A stretch of 64,000 nucleotides of DNA. It comes from Octopus sinensis. Its lineage: Eukaryota. Below are positions 1-14,050 of this stretch, piece by piece. Below the pieces are notes generated by a model, which did not search any database, was not told the origin of the DNA, and saw nothing but the letters and a program-made list of their open reading frames with translations. How positions within the stretch are numbered: position 1 is the stretch's first letter; the number at the start of each line of letters is the position of its first letter. The stretch lies in the NCBI RefSeq assembly GCF_006345805.1, contig NC_042999.1, positions 78,244,001 to 78,308,000 of the forward strand, in the 5' to 3' direction. The position numbers were made by a program, and so were the translations under genes.

Positions 1-36
1 AAAGCGGACGCTAAATGATGATGATGATGATGATGA

Positions 37-1745
37 GATCTGTCTGAAGCCAATTTACAGATAAAAGGAAATGAAAGATGCTCAAAGTATTTGACAATAA
101 ATACACACAGAGGATTGTACAGATACACACAATTAACTTTTGGATTAAAAGCGACACCAGTAATATGCCAGCAAATCATAGATACTATGTTATCTGAATG
201 TGAATTTGCAATCCCATACATGGACAATATTTTTATCAAGAGTAATCCTTGTGAACAGCATGTGGAACACATAAAAGAAAATTAAAGTTTTCAGGTTCAC
301 TTTGAGTGAAGAGAAATGTGAATTCTTTCTTCTCTAAATTAAGTACTTAGGGCAAATAATTGATAAAAGTGGTAGATGTCTTGCCTGTGCTGACAAATAT
401 TCCAACTCTACAAGCATTTCTTGAGTTGGCAAATTATTTTCAAAGCTACATTCCTTATATGCACAAGTTAAGAGATCTGTTGAATGATTTATAAAAAAAA
501 AAGGAGTAAAGTGGAATTGGTCCACTAAATGCTGGAACACTTTTAAAGAAATAAGAAAATTTCTAATCTCAGACCTGTCATTAGTGCATTATGATCCCAA
601 TTAAGTGCAGTTCTACTTCATGAATACAAAGACAGAAGTACAAAGCCAGTGGTCCATGTTTTGTGCTCACTAATAGCAGCAGAAAGAAATATAGTCAAAT
701 TGAAAAGGAGGCCCTAGCAATTATTTTTGCAGTTAAAAAATTTCACAGGTTTCTGCATGGCAGATGTTTTTTTTTATTGCAAACAGATCATAAACCTTTG
801 CCTTTGATTTATGGGTCTAAAAAAGGGTTACCGACTCACACTGCAAACTGCCTGCAACATTGGGGTGTAATATTACTAAATTATAATTTCAAAATTCATT
901 GGAAAAAATCAGTGATGTGGACTGCTTTTCGAGATTAATTCCAAAAAATATGGAACCACTAGAAGAGACTGTTATAGCCGCACTGCAGGCAGAAAGTGAA
1001 ATTAAAAGTGTAATGATGAACGTTATCCCAGAACTACCAGTGATGGCATAGGATATAAGAATGAAAACTGTAGGTGATGAGTATATTATGAAAATAAAAG
1101 AAGTTTTAAAAAATAAACAGAATAAATATTCAGATGCCAGTAGTTTTTCAATTTGCAATGATATCCCGATGTATTCCCAGAGAGTGGTCGTTCCAACTAC
1201 ATTACAAATAGGTGTATTGCAACAATTTCACAGTTGACATCCAGCAATGACAAGGATGAAAGCTCTGATGAGGAGTTAGCTGTCTATGACCAAGATATTG
1301 AAAACTTGGTGTGAATTTGCTGAAGTTGTGTGCCCATGGTCAAACCCCCACCAATAAAACATCAATCATAGCCAGAGACAAAAAACCCATGGTCTAGGTT
1401 ACACATTGACTATGCCAAACCGGTAAATGATGCTTACTACCTAATTGTAGTAGGTAGCTGTACTAAGTGGTCAGAGGTGTGCAGGTGCTATAGACCAACC
1501 TCTAAGACAACTATAAAGTTCTTATATGAATTGTTTGCATGATATGGTGTCCCTGACACACTAGTTTCAGACAATGGAGCACAGTTCTCTGGATGTGAAT
1601 TCATGAACTTCTGTAAAAGGCATGCGATAAAGCATATTGTCACTCCAACCTAACACTCGAGGTCAAATGGGCAGGTAGAAAGATTTGTGGACACCTTTAA
1701 GAGAGCGTTGAAAAAAGCAAAGAATGAATTAAGTAACAACAAAGC
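37..1745 (+). mobile_element. Decayed Ty3/Gypsy LTR-retrotransposon pol (RT, RNase H, integrase)
   Basis: RT: INTHRGLYRY..L.FG...P...Q and YMDN in place of YxDD. RNase H: YSQIEKEALAIIFAVKKFH and TDHKPL. Integrase: PWSRLHIDYA, GVPDTLVSDNG.QF, SNGQVERF. Many stops and frameshifts; no LTR seen. Confidence 0.92.
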
Positions 1746-2454
1746 AAAAGGTGAGATTAATGCTAATAATGTTCATCTAGTTCATTTAAGAAGAAACGGG
1801 CTTGGAAGAATTATCCCCCTTTAACACTAACAATGAGATCACACTTTATTATGTCAAAAGTTCATTCTACATATACAAATAAAATCTAAAGCATATGTTT
1901 TATCTTTTTTAATCAATTTTCTTCCTTGTTTGTCTTTTGCATACAGCTACCTCTAGTTAACAACAAAAACAAATTCTTCAGACTATTTGGATGCTTCATT
2001 CCGATCCATATTACACTATTACAACTTAATCTCATTACCATCTGCTTCGTATTTTAATGTAATGCTTCTTATTTTTATTTTTATTTTACTTTTTTGTTTG
2101 TTTATTGTTACTTGTATCCAGCCTTATAAACACAATTTCAGCTATTAGTAAACAGTGTTATTGATAAAAAAAAATCTATTAAAAAAAATTGAAAATAAAA
2201 AACTACTGTAAAACTGTTGTAAAAATGCTGTCACTACTACAACAGATGGCACTACTGACAAAAACTCTGATGGCAGCATTAGTCAGGAAGAGAGTGAATT
2301 TATAATTGGTTAGTCATGGTTTAAAAGTAAATAAATAAATAAATGAACCAAGGCTGTTCTGTTGCTGTTTATTCAACTGTAAAATAAAAAATTTAAAAAA
2401 ACATGTTTGTATTCCTAGAATGGCTTGGCTTCATTCACGTTATTAGCATCATTT

Positions 2455-2474
2455 GCATTGATATCATCATCATT

Positions 2475-2508
<34 letters not shown>

Positions 2509-2808
2509 CTATTATCATCAGCATCAATATCACCAGTGCCATCACCACTTTTATCATCATCAATTTCACCATTGCTATAACCATCATCATCATCATCGCC
2601 ATTATTGTCACTATCATCAACATCATCTACAACATTAGCATTAACATAAATGTTTTTCTATCATCATTGTCATCGACCTCATCATCATCACTACCACTGT
2701 CATTCGCATCATTGCAATTCTCAAAGTAACTTTTTCTATTCATACCATTGACAGCACCAGTACCACCACCACTGCTGTCATTGCCACTGCTGCCATCACC
2801 ATCAACAA

Positions 2809-2810
<2 letters not shown>
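2455..2810. repeat. Long degenerate (CAT/CAC)n trinucleotide array followed by (AT)n
   Basis: Direct reading; generates the poly-Ile/poly-Met ORFs in the track. Confidence 0.95.
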
Positions 2811-2858
<48 letters not shown>

Positions 2859-3294
2859 ATATTGCTTCATATATCATTGTCTAATTGCTTTATAAATTAT
2901 TATCTATTGTGTAATTGTTGCAAGCCAAAGAAGACATCTGCAGATACAGCAAGGTTTCAGCCTGACAGAAAGTGACATGTAGGTGGAATGGTATTGTGGA
3001 GAGAAGCATTACAGCTAGGAGAGGGGCCTGGAATGATTGGAAAAAAGAAGGAAGCAAAGAACAATATTAGATAGCTTGTAGAGAACCTGTATGCCAGGTA
3101 AATGTACAATAGAGAAACTGAGAGAGGTTTATCAGTGCTCTAAGACACAAAAATTGAAGATGTGAAGTGTTCCATATTGCAAAGCTTCACACAGTTTCCA
3201 TCTACCAAATTCACTCATAAGGCATTTGTTGGCTTAGGGTTATTGTAGAAGAAACTTGCTCAAGGTGCTGTACAATGAGACTGAATCTGAAATC

Positions 3295-3730
3295 ATATCA
3301 TCATCATCATCATCATCATCTTTTAACGTCCACTTTCCATGCTAGCATGGGTTGGACGATTTGACTGAGGGCTGGCAAACCAGATGGCTGCACCAGGCTT
3401 CAATCTTGATCTGGCAGAGTTTCTACAGCTGGATGCCCTTCCTAATGCCAACCACTCCGAGAGTGCAGTGGGTGCTTTTACATGCCACTGGCACAGGTGC
3501 CGGTACAGCGATGCTGGTAACGATCACGCTTGGATGGTGCTCTTAACACCCTACTAGCACGGGGCTCAAGTGCCAGTAAGGCAACACTGGTAACGATCAC
3601 ACTCAAATGGTGCCTTTTAAGTCCCACTGGCACAGAAGCCAGTTAGCTGCTCTGTCAATGATCACGCTCGTATGGTGCTCTCTGCACCCCGCTAGCATGG
3701 ACGCCAGTCATCGAATTTGATTTTGATGCA
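3295..3730 (-). mobile_element. RTE-family 3' UTR copy with (CAT)n tail
   Basis: catcatcatc..taacgtccactttccatgctagcatgggttggacg...gctggatgcccttcctaatgccaaccactccgagagtg. Confidence 0.8.
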
Positions 3731-4356
3731 AAGTCAGCTTCTTAACCACACAGCTATGGCAAATGAAAATCATCCAGCAGCAGTGAGAATGCACAATGTG
3801 CATTTCTAGTTTATTGAACTTTTTCTGTAGCATGTACTCACTGCCAACTGTATGCTAAGACTAAATCTATTGCCACTGATATAAAAAAAAACAACAATTG
3901 AACAATCATTGGTGTTGTAGTTAGCCATCCAGCTGAATAAAGATCTGTTATATGTAACAGAAGCAATATCAAATTAAAATAGCCATCTGTGCATCATACT
4001 TAATGCAGATACATTGGAAAAAGGCAAATTTGCTGCAGGGTTTACCTGGAGGTAGCATCTCTTATAGATGAGGCAGAAATGTACATTTAGCATTCTCACC
4101 ACTGCTGGACGATTTTTGTCTATTAGATATTTGTGTTCAAAAAGACTTGAGAAAATTGTACCTTATGTAAAAACAAATTAGGGTTAGCGACAGGAGGGAC
4201 ATATGATGTAGAAAAATTGCTTCTGTAAGTCTTGTCTGATCCATGCTAGCATGGGAAATGTGAAAACTATGATGGTGGTGTTGGTGATGATGATGCACTA
4301 ATATAAAACAATAAAAACAGCAATTATTATATACTGATAATAGTCAAACTTGTGTT

Positions 4357-4583
4357 GTGTTCTCATCTTGGTTGTTATAGTCACAACTTGGGTGTTTTTA
4401 CCTTTGAACCCTTTTAGGTGTCTGTCATATTCAGTAACATTCCCAGAATTTTGGGCTGCAAATTTTAATATATTTTTATAATGAGTTCAGTTCAAAATTC
4501 ATTACTGAATATGACAGGTACCTGAAAAAAGGGCAGTAGGTAGAGTGGCTAAAATGTGACTATAATGACCAAAATGAGGGCAC
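4357..4583. mobile_element. Old palindromic MITE-like element (about 80-bp degenerate arms)
   Basis: Inner 22-bp arms 4416-4437 / 4502-4523 match 20/22; outer CTCATxTTGGTxxTTATAGTCACA is mirrored at 4555-4578. Confidence 0.6.
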
Positions 4584-6113
4584 TATATCAGCATATACTA
4601 ATTGTATAATTGATAGTTACAGTTATGTATATAAATTTTAAGTAACAAAATAGTACAGTGTCTGTTGTTGTTTTGTTGGAGCAGAGGAGAAAGTGTAATT
4701 GACTCCCCTGTAAAGAAAGAAAAGATTTGTTATATTTCAAGGAGGCTTTGTTTTACCCTTGAGCTGGAGGTCACAGGTCACACTTTATGGCTATCAAAGA
4801 AAAAAAGAATTATTCTCCATTAATCTATTCCTTATAGAATTGTCCATGGAAAAAGAGAGTTTGTAAAGAATAGATAGGTCTAAAGAAATAAAAATGGAAT
4901 GAAGAGATAAATTCTCACAAAAGTAGCTTCCAATGACAATAAGAATATTATTGTTATCATGTTAACGAATTCACTACAAGTGAAGTGGAAGGGATTGTAT
5001 CCAGACATACCATTTGAAACTCCTTGAAATAATCCACAATTTGCAATTGAGTGGATTGTCTAAAACACCTGGTTAAAGAAAAAGAATAAACATAAACAGA
5101 AAACATTGCTGATGAAGCAAATTCTTGAACTGTAGAATGGAATGAACTTAATTTTCTTCCAATATGTTATTATCTTTGATAATTCAAGAAATTTCTTTGT
5201 CTCTTCCCTGGTAGTCAATGTAGAAATCTGAGGTGACCAAATGGAAAATTCAATGATGAATATGTTAGTATCATAATGGTGTTGGGTTGTTAAACCAGTT
5301 AGAGTAGTGGACTACACATTCTCTTCATTGAAAACCTCAATGTATGATACTACAAAGAGGAGGTGTTATGAACCCATCTTCTTCCCTTTACAGAAAAACT
5401 TAGTCATTCTTGACTGGCAGTATACCAACATGATAATGTTTCTGTCTATTTCGCCAAATTAGTCAAAATGTTTCTCTTAGATCATGAAATTGAGACTTTG
5501 GACAATCTCCAGACTGAAACTTTATTGGAAATGTATATGACAGATCATTAAATTCAAAGCTGTAGTAAAGAACTTTTAAATGCAAATACATCTTTGTAAG
5601 TGTTTAAGAAGTAAGTTTCAAATTACACCTACATAAATGAAAAGACTTGCTGATTCTAAGATTTAAAGAAGTTAAGAAAAAAGAAAAGCATGAAATAATC
5701 ATACCAGAAGCATTGATTATTATATATGCGAAATAAAAAACAGATATTCATGCCTTTTTTACAAAAAAATTGAGATGCACTAAATGATTTGGTATCAATG
5801 GAACTAAAAAATGTTTTTAAAACAACTTTTGCAAGTTACATTTACATATATTTTCTATTGTATATGTGGGTATATACATATTCTTTAACTTGTTTAAGTC
5901 ATTTGACTGTGGCCATGCTGGAGCACCACCTTTAGTTGAACAAATCGACCCCAGGATTTATTCTTTGTAAGCCTAGTACTTATTCTATCAGTCTTTTTTG
6001 CTGAACCTAAGTTACAGGGATGTAAACACACCAACATCAGTTGTCAAGCAATGGTAGGGGGGACAAATACAGACACACAGATACATACATATACATATAC
6101 ATATATATTATAT

Positions 6114-6151
<38 letters not shown>

Positions 6152-6155
6152 CACG

Positions 6156-6310
6156 ATGGGCTTCTTTCAGTTTCTGTCTACCAAATCCACTCACAAGGCT
6201 TTGGTCAGCCCAAGGCTACAGTAGAAGACACTTGCCCAAAGTGCCATGCAGTGGGACTGAACCTGGAACCATGTGGTTGGGAAGCAAGCTTCTTACCACA
6301 CAGCCACCCC
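6156..6310 (-). mobile_element. Second tRNA-derived SINE family (gtggcaccttgggcaagtgtcttctactatagcc...), reverse copy flanked by (AT)n
   Basis: Other copies at about 32200-32530, 36592-36900, 40790-40890 and 60275-60600. Confidence 0.75.
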
Positions 6311-6318
6311 TGTGCCTC

Positions 6319-6374
<56 letters not shown>

Positions 6375-9300
6375 ATAAACCTCTTACACACACACACACA
6401 CACACATATATATATGAACCCCTTTGACACACGCACACACTCACATGCATGCGCACACATGCACAAGAATTTATAAACCTTCAAGAGAATATGAAATGAT
6501 TCCTTTTTTTGAAACTGTATGTTGAAGAACATATAAAACTATAAATAAAAGCCTTCAACTTTTCTTATCCAAAAGCCCTATATTTAAATGCTGTTTATGT
6601 ATTTCTACATATCTCTCCTCACCACTTCTGCACCTTGCACATCATCCCCTATTTTCTGATCTATTCTCCTTCCTAAGCCACTTCTATTTCTCTCACCTTA
6701 CCCTCTCTCCATACTGGAATTTCCCAAACTGCACCTTCACTTTTATTAATCACTCACTACATTCACCTCTACCCCCATTCGTAACCATTCCAACATCTGT
6801 TACTTTCTTCTCACATCACCTTGTATCTTGAATTTCTCTGGCATCTAGTCACCATCATCTCTACCTTCTTTCCAGCTACTCCCACCCCCATGTAATGTGG
6901 TATAGCTATATATCTCCTCTATAGCAAGAAATCTGGGCTTGTTCCTCTATCATACTTTTTAGCCTCTCAATACCTGGCATATAACCATCTCACTCCACTC
7001 TCAGTATCCTTAGTTGAGGGGACTTTTTTCTTTCTGCTGTTCTTCTTTTTCTTGCAAGGTATCTTACGACCTCATTAACACTAGTGGAATGTAAGAAGCA
7101 CTCAGTACACATTGTAAGGTGGTTAGCATTAGGCAATAGTATTCATCCATAGAAACAATGCCAAGTTTGACACTGGATCCCAATGCACCCCTGCACCCAC
7201 TGGATCCTGACAAACCATCTGACCCATACCAGCTTGGAAAACAAACATTAAATGATGATGATAATGATATATACATCGTCATTATCTTCATCATTTTAAA
7301 ATCCACTATCCCATGCTTGCATGTGTCAGATAGAACTCTGAGGTAGATTTTTCTACATCCAGATGTTCTTCCCCTCACCAATGCATGACTGTTTCCAAGC
7401 AAATTCATATTTCCCCCATCTCTGGATGTTTTCACAGACGACCAGAAATGAATGACATTGCTTATAAGACAACAATACTTGTTAACAACTTTTGAGCTAT
7501 GTCAAGAAAAGGGGACTCAAGCACATGCACACACAGACATATACATGCATTCACACTGACATTTGTATACAAACACACACATGCATGTGTGTGTGTGTTT
7601 TGTTTTTCTGTAAATTTCAACTATATATATTATCATCATCATCATCCTTTAACCTCTGTTTTCCATGCTGTCATGGGTTGAACAGTTTGACATGGAACTG
7701 GCTAGCCGAGGAACTGTCCAGACTCCAATTATCTGTTGTGGTATGGTTTCTACGACTGGATGCCCTTCCTCATGCCAACCACTTTACAACATGTATCACA
7801 TACTCTCACTACCTTGGTTGCCTTATCAACCCATTTTTCAGCAAGAAGTATGCCCACACCACCAACCCTATCACTGTTCCCTGTCCAGATATATATATTT
7901 GATCAGCTTCTTTTAATTCCCATCTACCAAATATGCTCACAAAGAACTGTCCTGAAACTATGTGGTTATTAGGCAACAAACTTATTAACTACAGTCATGT
8001 CTACACCTGTATAAAGCTTTGGTTGGGTTAGGCTACAGTAGAAGACACTTGCTCATATTTGTATGCATACAAAGTGATTGTAAAGCTAAACAGCTGAATC
8101 ACTAACCATATAGTGATAAGCTCAAATTTTACTATCAACATTATATTATATTGCACTTTTGGGCAAGATGCTTAACAAGTCTCTTCCAAACTATGCCAGC
8201 AAGCAAAAAAAAACAAACATTGAAAACTTTGATAATGATGACAATGATAACTTTGATAATGATAGCAGTGGTGACTGCAGTGAAATATTCACACATGCAC
8301 CCAAGCACACACACACATACACATGTGTGGAGAGAACTCCAATATGGGTTTCACATTTTTTCACGTTAAGGTCTCAGTTGTAATGTATTAGTAATATATG
8401 GGAATTCCAACCACGTTTTATGGTTTGCTACCTCAACAGCTCCTTTATAGGATCCAGTGGCTAAAGACATCATCAGGAGGAACCGCATCTAGTTTCAGCC
8501 CCTACTCCTCTACTGTTTTCAAAGTGGCAGGCCCCTCAACTTTCAGTGGTATCTTCAGCTCTGGTGTCAAGTGCATTTCTTCTTTCTCCTTTTTTCTTCT
8601 GTTCCCTGGCCTCTTCGATGCAGTGTCAATGAGTGTCAGTGGGCAACTGACCATCTTGCCAAATTTCCCTTTAAATACTTGCTGGTAGGCTCCAGCAGCC
8701 AGCACCAGCTAGTTGTCATGTGACACTATTTAAACTTCAACTGACCAATGGAAGGGAAAGGCGCATAATCTTAGCCCGCGCTCTCACTAAACCTGCCTTC
8801 CAACAGTGTCGTGTTAGTTTCAGTTCCATAAGCCAGAGTCAACCAGCTGTTTGGTTGTACAAGCCTTCGAACCAGGAGGAGGAGGCACCATGAACAAGAC
8901 TGCTACTTGTGAAAATTTATGAAAGCAATTCTACAGCAGGGTCCCAGTCAACTAACTGAAATCAGAAAAGAATAAAAGAGACAAAATATTTGCATAATGG
9001 TGCAGATCAAATATTTACCATTTCAGTCTTTGCTAGTAGGATTTTGTTAATTAATTATTCATCTTTGCTAGTAGGGGTTTATTCATTAATCATACAAATC
9101 TTTAAATATCAACCATTGAGTAAATGATGAACAATATGATGAAATATACTGGGATAGTGATTGAGGACAACAACAACAACCACAGCCATAAATTAATAGC
9201 TCACAGTGTATGCTAGCTTAGAGGGACTAACAGCATTGGCTGCAGGAAAAAAAACTCTCTACACCCTGGGAGCAACATTAATTTTACTGATTGAAAACTG

Positions 9301-9375
9301 CACATAGCTATGAGGATTTTGAGGTAGACATGTATGTGTTAAAGCTAAACTATAACATGCACAAACCATTTCTCT

Positions 9376-9417
<42 letters not shown>

Positions 9418-9425
9418 AAACTACT

Positions 9426-9456
<31 letters not shown>

Positions 9457-9457
9457 A
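9376..9457. repeat. Compound (CTA)n-(CTG)n-(GAT)n microsatellite
   Basis: Direct reading. Confidence 0.9.
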
Positions 9458-10767
9458 TTCTGCTACTTTTTTTTTGGTTATTTGACAATTATTTTCTCAC
9501 ATATCTACACACCATACATTGAACATGCTTATATGTAAATGATATAATGGGAATTTGTTTCTTAATGGTTTAGAAAACGTTGCCATAACAAATATTGATT
9601 TATTTTATCAATTTTGCTGAGGAGAGGTTATTGTTAATTGATTTAACCAGTGGCATATAACGGATACTGAAACAAGATGCACTGAACATTGCAATATATC
9701 CATACTTCCTTTTAGCTTTATGTTTACACAAAAGCATGCACACGTACACACACATGTACACACACACACACCACACACACACACACACAATCATTTTGTA
9801 TTTCATCAACATTTCTTATGTTGGCATGGGTTGGGCAAGAGTCTTTGAGGCAATATTCTATCATTGACATCAACCCATGCTTGTTTTCTAAGTAAGGTTC
9901 TTTATTCTGCATCTTTGCACATTGGATCACTCACTGCTGGATGTTTCATTTATGGGAGACAGAAACAAAATCAGTGCTAGAGTGATGTCAGTGTGAAAAC
10001 ATGTGGATACAAGCAAATATACAATATGCTTCCATGCTGTTTCCATCTATCTAATTTCTCTGACAAGGCAGTGATCACCCTTTGTCAAATAACAAAAAAA
10101 GAAAAAGTAGCAGAATCATCAAATGCTTTCAAAATCATGTGAATATGATACAAATTTTTTAACCACACAGCAATACATAAATGTGTGTACTTATATAACA
10201 TAATAATAGACCAGACATTGTAATTTGGTACAACAAAGAGAAAATGTATCATAGTGAAAGTCAATTGCTCAGCAGATGTCTACATAAAGCTCAGCAAAAA
10301 AGAAAATGCCTATGCTGAATCATTAAGAAATTTACAAATACTTTACCTGGGCTACTAATCTAGAAGCTATCAAATACTTTGAGTGAGTTGCCTGGGTTTC
10401 GGAGCGAATCTATTTTGAAAAATACTTTTGTTACTTACTATCCATGTGTCTTTGGCACATGAAATCTACCTTCTCTAGTAGCCTGCCTATGATCCCACTA
10501 CACTTCTTGTGTATCAGTGGTTTGCATTAGGTACACTATATGGAATTCTTATCTACTCCTTATCATCATATCAAGTTTGGCCGATTCTCTGAAGATCATT
10601 AGGTCCTGTCTTCTTCCTTACTTACTTACTAACTCCTTAACCTTTCCTAAATTCTCATGAATAGTGTGGTTACATTCATATAATTGCACCCTGCCTCATT
10701 TCATTCTACTCTTCAAACCACAACACCCTACACACATACATCACAGAACACATACATTAATCTTATA

Positions 10768-11970
10768 CAGAGTGCATTAGTTTTTTGAGGACACCTCTTT
10801 CAAGAACTCTAACTTCCAACTTATTTGTCTTTTACTTTACTTTTCAGATAATGTTAATCATCAAGTTGGTTCATCAAATGAAAAAGCATACTGTAATTGT
10901 TGCCTTAAAACTGCAACATAGTGATACAGAGAAAGCTCACTTCTTGAAAGTTGCCTGATCCTTTGTTGTCAAAGACCAAAGTTCAGAAGGAGGTGGAAGT
11001 TGCTGATGGGGATCCAACATCAGCAGCTAAACACATGCACAGGGTCCTAATACCATCAGGACATATAACTTTATACAAAAAGTCTAAGAAATAATTGATA
11101 AAACCCGAGAAAATAAATCAGAGCCATTACAAAGGATCTCATGGTTTCAGAATACACCACCAGAAGAATGGTGCATGAGGACATCTGGCACAAGTCGTAT
11201 GTGATGCAGAGGGGTCAGTTTATGTCAGATGTGACTGGAGAAAATCATTCTATCTGTGCAAAGTGCTTGCTAAACAAGTTAAAACACCAAGAGGCTGGAA
11301 TGCTTTGGTTTTTCTCTCATGAGAAAAACTTCGATCAGAACCAAAAGGTAAACCAAAGGAATGACAAATAGTTATGCAGAGACACAAATGAAATTCCAAT
11401 GGTCATGCATACTATGTTCTTGGCAGCTTTGATGGTTCTGATAGTCATCAGCAATGGAGGTGATATGTCACTGTCTACTCAGAGGTGTTGAAGAAAGTTG
11501 TGAGGCCCTGGATAGACAGAGTACTCAATGGAAGACTATACATCTTCCAACGTAACTGTGCCATCACATAAGACTAGGGCAATCCAAGCATGGATGTATG
11601 CCAATCTCCATGATCATCTTCTCCTAGAGACATGGCCTCCCAGCTCACCAGACCTCAATCCACAGGACTACTATTATGTATGGGACATAGTCAAGGGAGG
11701 AGTCAATCAACACCCCATAACATTATACAATCTCTCAAGTCCCCCATAACCAGTACTGTGTCCAAAATTGATAAAGATCATCTGATTTAAGTATGTCAAC
11801 ACTTCTGACTCCATATTGAAGCAACTATTGATGCTAATGATGGATTCATTGAAAGGCATGATAAAAATATTCTAAAGATAATTTGTACCAATTTGTTTTC
11901 AAATACAGCGATGATCTATATGTCTTTTTCTATATTCACACAAATAACCTCAAAAGACTGATGTGTCTTG
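10768..11970 (+). mobile_element. Tc1/mariner superfamily, DD37D (maT/Bmmar1-like) element, decayed, about 1.2 kb
   Basis: WFFSHEKNF, FQ..xAPSH and WPPSSPDLNPQDY, with 37 residues between the 2nd and 3rd acidic positions after repairing one frameshift. Degenerate TIRs (18/25 including flanking TA); TA at 10766-10767 and 11971-11972. Confidence 0.85.
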
Positions 11971-13239
11971 TACACCTACATATCAATGCAGATTGAATAT
12001 ACTACTCACTGACTGGTACAGATGTATGACTATTAACTTTCTATATGTATGTGCATGCAGACTCACTGATACATATATCTCATCTTAAATCAATGCACAT
12101 ATCTTCAAACAAACTTTCCTACACACAGACATATATTTTATCTCACTATAACTCCACACACACACACACATACTACATGTCCATACCACCACATGAATTT
12201 ATCACATATATGCACAAGCATAATCACCAGCTTATGTGTATTCATACTACTCCACCTTATACCTGTGCATGCATGCACACACACACACACACACACACCT
12301 ATATTATGTGCTTCATGCACAAGCATACATAATTTTCTTTGTCATCCTCCTCTATCCATTACATAGTCCTTATTTGCACATGTGAATGGACTGCATACAT
12401 TCATTTCATAAATCTATGTACATGTGTGAATATATGTATGTGTATTTTTATGTGTGTGCTGACACGCACGTACACACACACACACACACACATTTACATT
12501 ATTTGCTGGATGTATTAGATAGCAAGAATGATTGTTGCATACATAGAAATACAAACTTCATATTCCTGGACAGTATTAGGGACTTTTTACACCTGCATAA
12601 ATGATAACACTGTGCATTTAACTCCATTTCACTACATGCAATTACATATATATTGAACTCTCTCACTCCCCTTTCAACTTGTCTCCCTTGGTTGTTGTCT
12701 CATTCTGTCCTCTCTCTCCCTCTTTCTTTCTTGCCCCTACTCTCTCCTCCATTATCTCTCCTCTTTTGCTTCCCATTTACTCTCACTATAATCCAGAAAG
12801 CATCTCCACTTCAAGTCCTCTTATCCTACCATCCCAATGCCTTTTTTACACTAAGCCTGCTATGTAAACTGACATCAGTATCATTTCTATTTTTCTCTAA
12901 TCTCTGTTATTCCTTTTACTTTCCTTTGATAAAGTTTATAACCTAAAACATTAGATCTTCTAATCCTTTCATTTGGTGTATCTATTTTCATTGTACACAT
13001 TGTTTTGCTTCATATTTCTATGCTTTTCCCATCATTTGTTTTACTGTTGAATCCATATTTTTTTTGTCTCACCTCATAGTCTTTCTTCTTTTATTTGTGT
13101 GTCATTTACTTAGTACTAGTCACTAGCCAAGATAATGGCTGATCACTCATAGAAATAGTTCTAAAATAGTGATCTCTGCATATGCATGACAATCAAGCCT
13201 AATACATGAGTGACAGATCTATTAATATGAGATCCATTA

Positions 13240-14050
13240 AAGTTACTATCCATTATCATGGTTAGTGGCTTTCAAGGACATGTTAAGGGAAAAAACCATG
13301 ATGGCTACTTTGATACATACAAAGGTTATAGATATGGCACAAATGAAGAGAGCTGCTTCAAATTCAGGCTTAAAAGATGAATAAAAAGGCCTTTTCAATG
13401 ACTGTTCTTATAGGCTACCTTAATAATGAACGACATCAACTTTGTTATCATGGCTGGTGAATATGTTGGGCAACATCATAATAGATGTACATGAAGGCTA
13501 TGGCTACGGTACTAGCCTGCCAATTATCTAATAACCTATCAATTAGTCAAATGTGCAAGCCTACTAGACCTGGAAATGAGATAGGTAACTAGATGTGAAT
13601 ACTAAGTCCTACTTAATTAAGAATATACCATTCTATATAGACTGGTGATCACAACCTTAAAATAAAAGCTAGATAGACTCAGGTATGGACAACAAACTGG
13701 AGAAATAAGTTATGGAAGCTAAAATTCTCTCAATAATAAGATATAGGCTCCAAGAAGAACCAGTTAAAGATAAAAGCTTATAGACAACTTCTGGGAATTT
13801 CTATACAATAACCTCCTGTGAGCCACAGTGCAGATTTATGGATGGAGCAAGGTTCCAGCAGGATAGAAGATGACATGACGGTAAATAGTCATGAAAGCTG
13901 ACAGAAGGCTTGAAAAGATTAGAAGAAAGCTGTGGGTAGCAAAGAGTAATAATAAAAGGGAAGCTAGATATCAGGATTGTGTAGCAAGATGAGAAACTGA
14001 AAGTAAGAAGTTTGCCAGTAGATGTGAAGTGTTCTAGATTAGCTTTCTGT
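13240..14050 (+). mobile_element. Heavily decayed RTE-type LINE fragment (endonuclease-to-linker region)
   Basis: Remnant similarity (GYRYG..NEE, LITY, arginine/lysine-rich linker) to the better-preserved copy at 43332-44436. Boundaries approximate. Confidence 0.55.

Noticed and set aside
2257-2292. Frame reading DKNSDGSISQEE, a canonical-looking EF-hand loop
   Set aside because: No flanking helices, an A-rich poor acceptor and a stop shortly after; most likely chance.
2403-2975. Poly-Ile/poly-Met/IY-repeat ORFs
   Set aside because: Translations of (CAT)n and (AT)n microsatellites; the same applies to 6041-6532, 12045-12604 and 52845-53391.
4046-4119. 74-bp minus-strand exon-like segment (KNRPAVVRML...)
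   Set aside because: Overlaps the right arm of the 3766/4116 inverted repeat, so it is repeat-derived.
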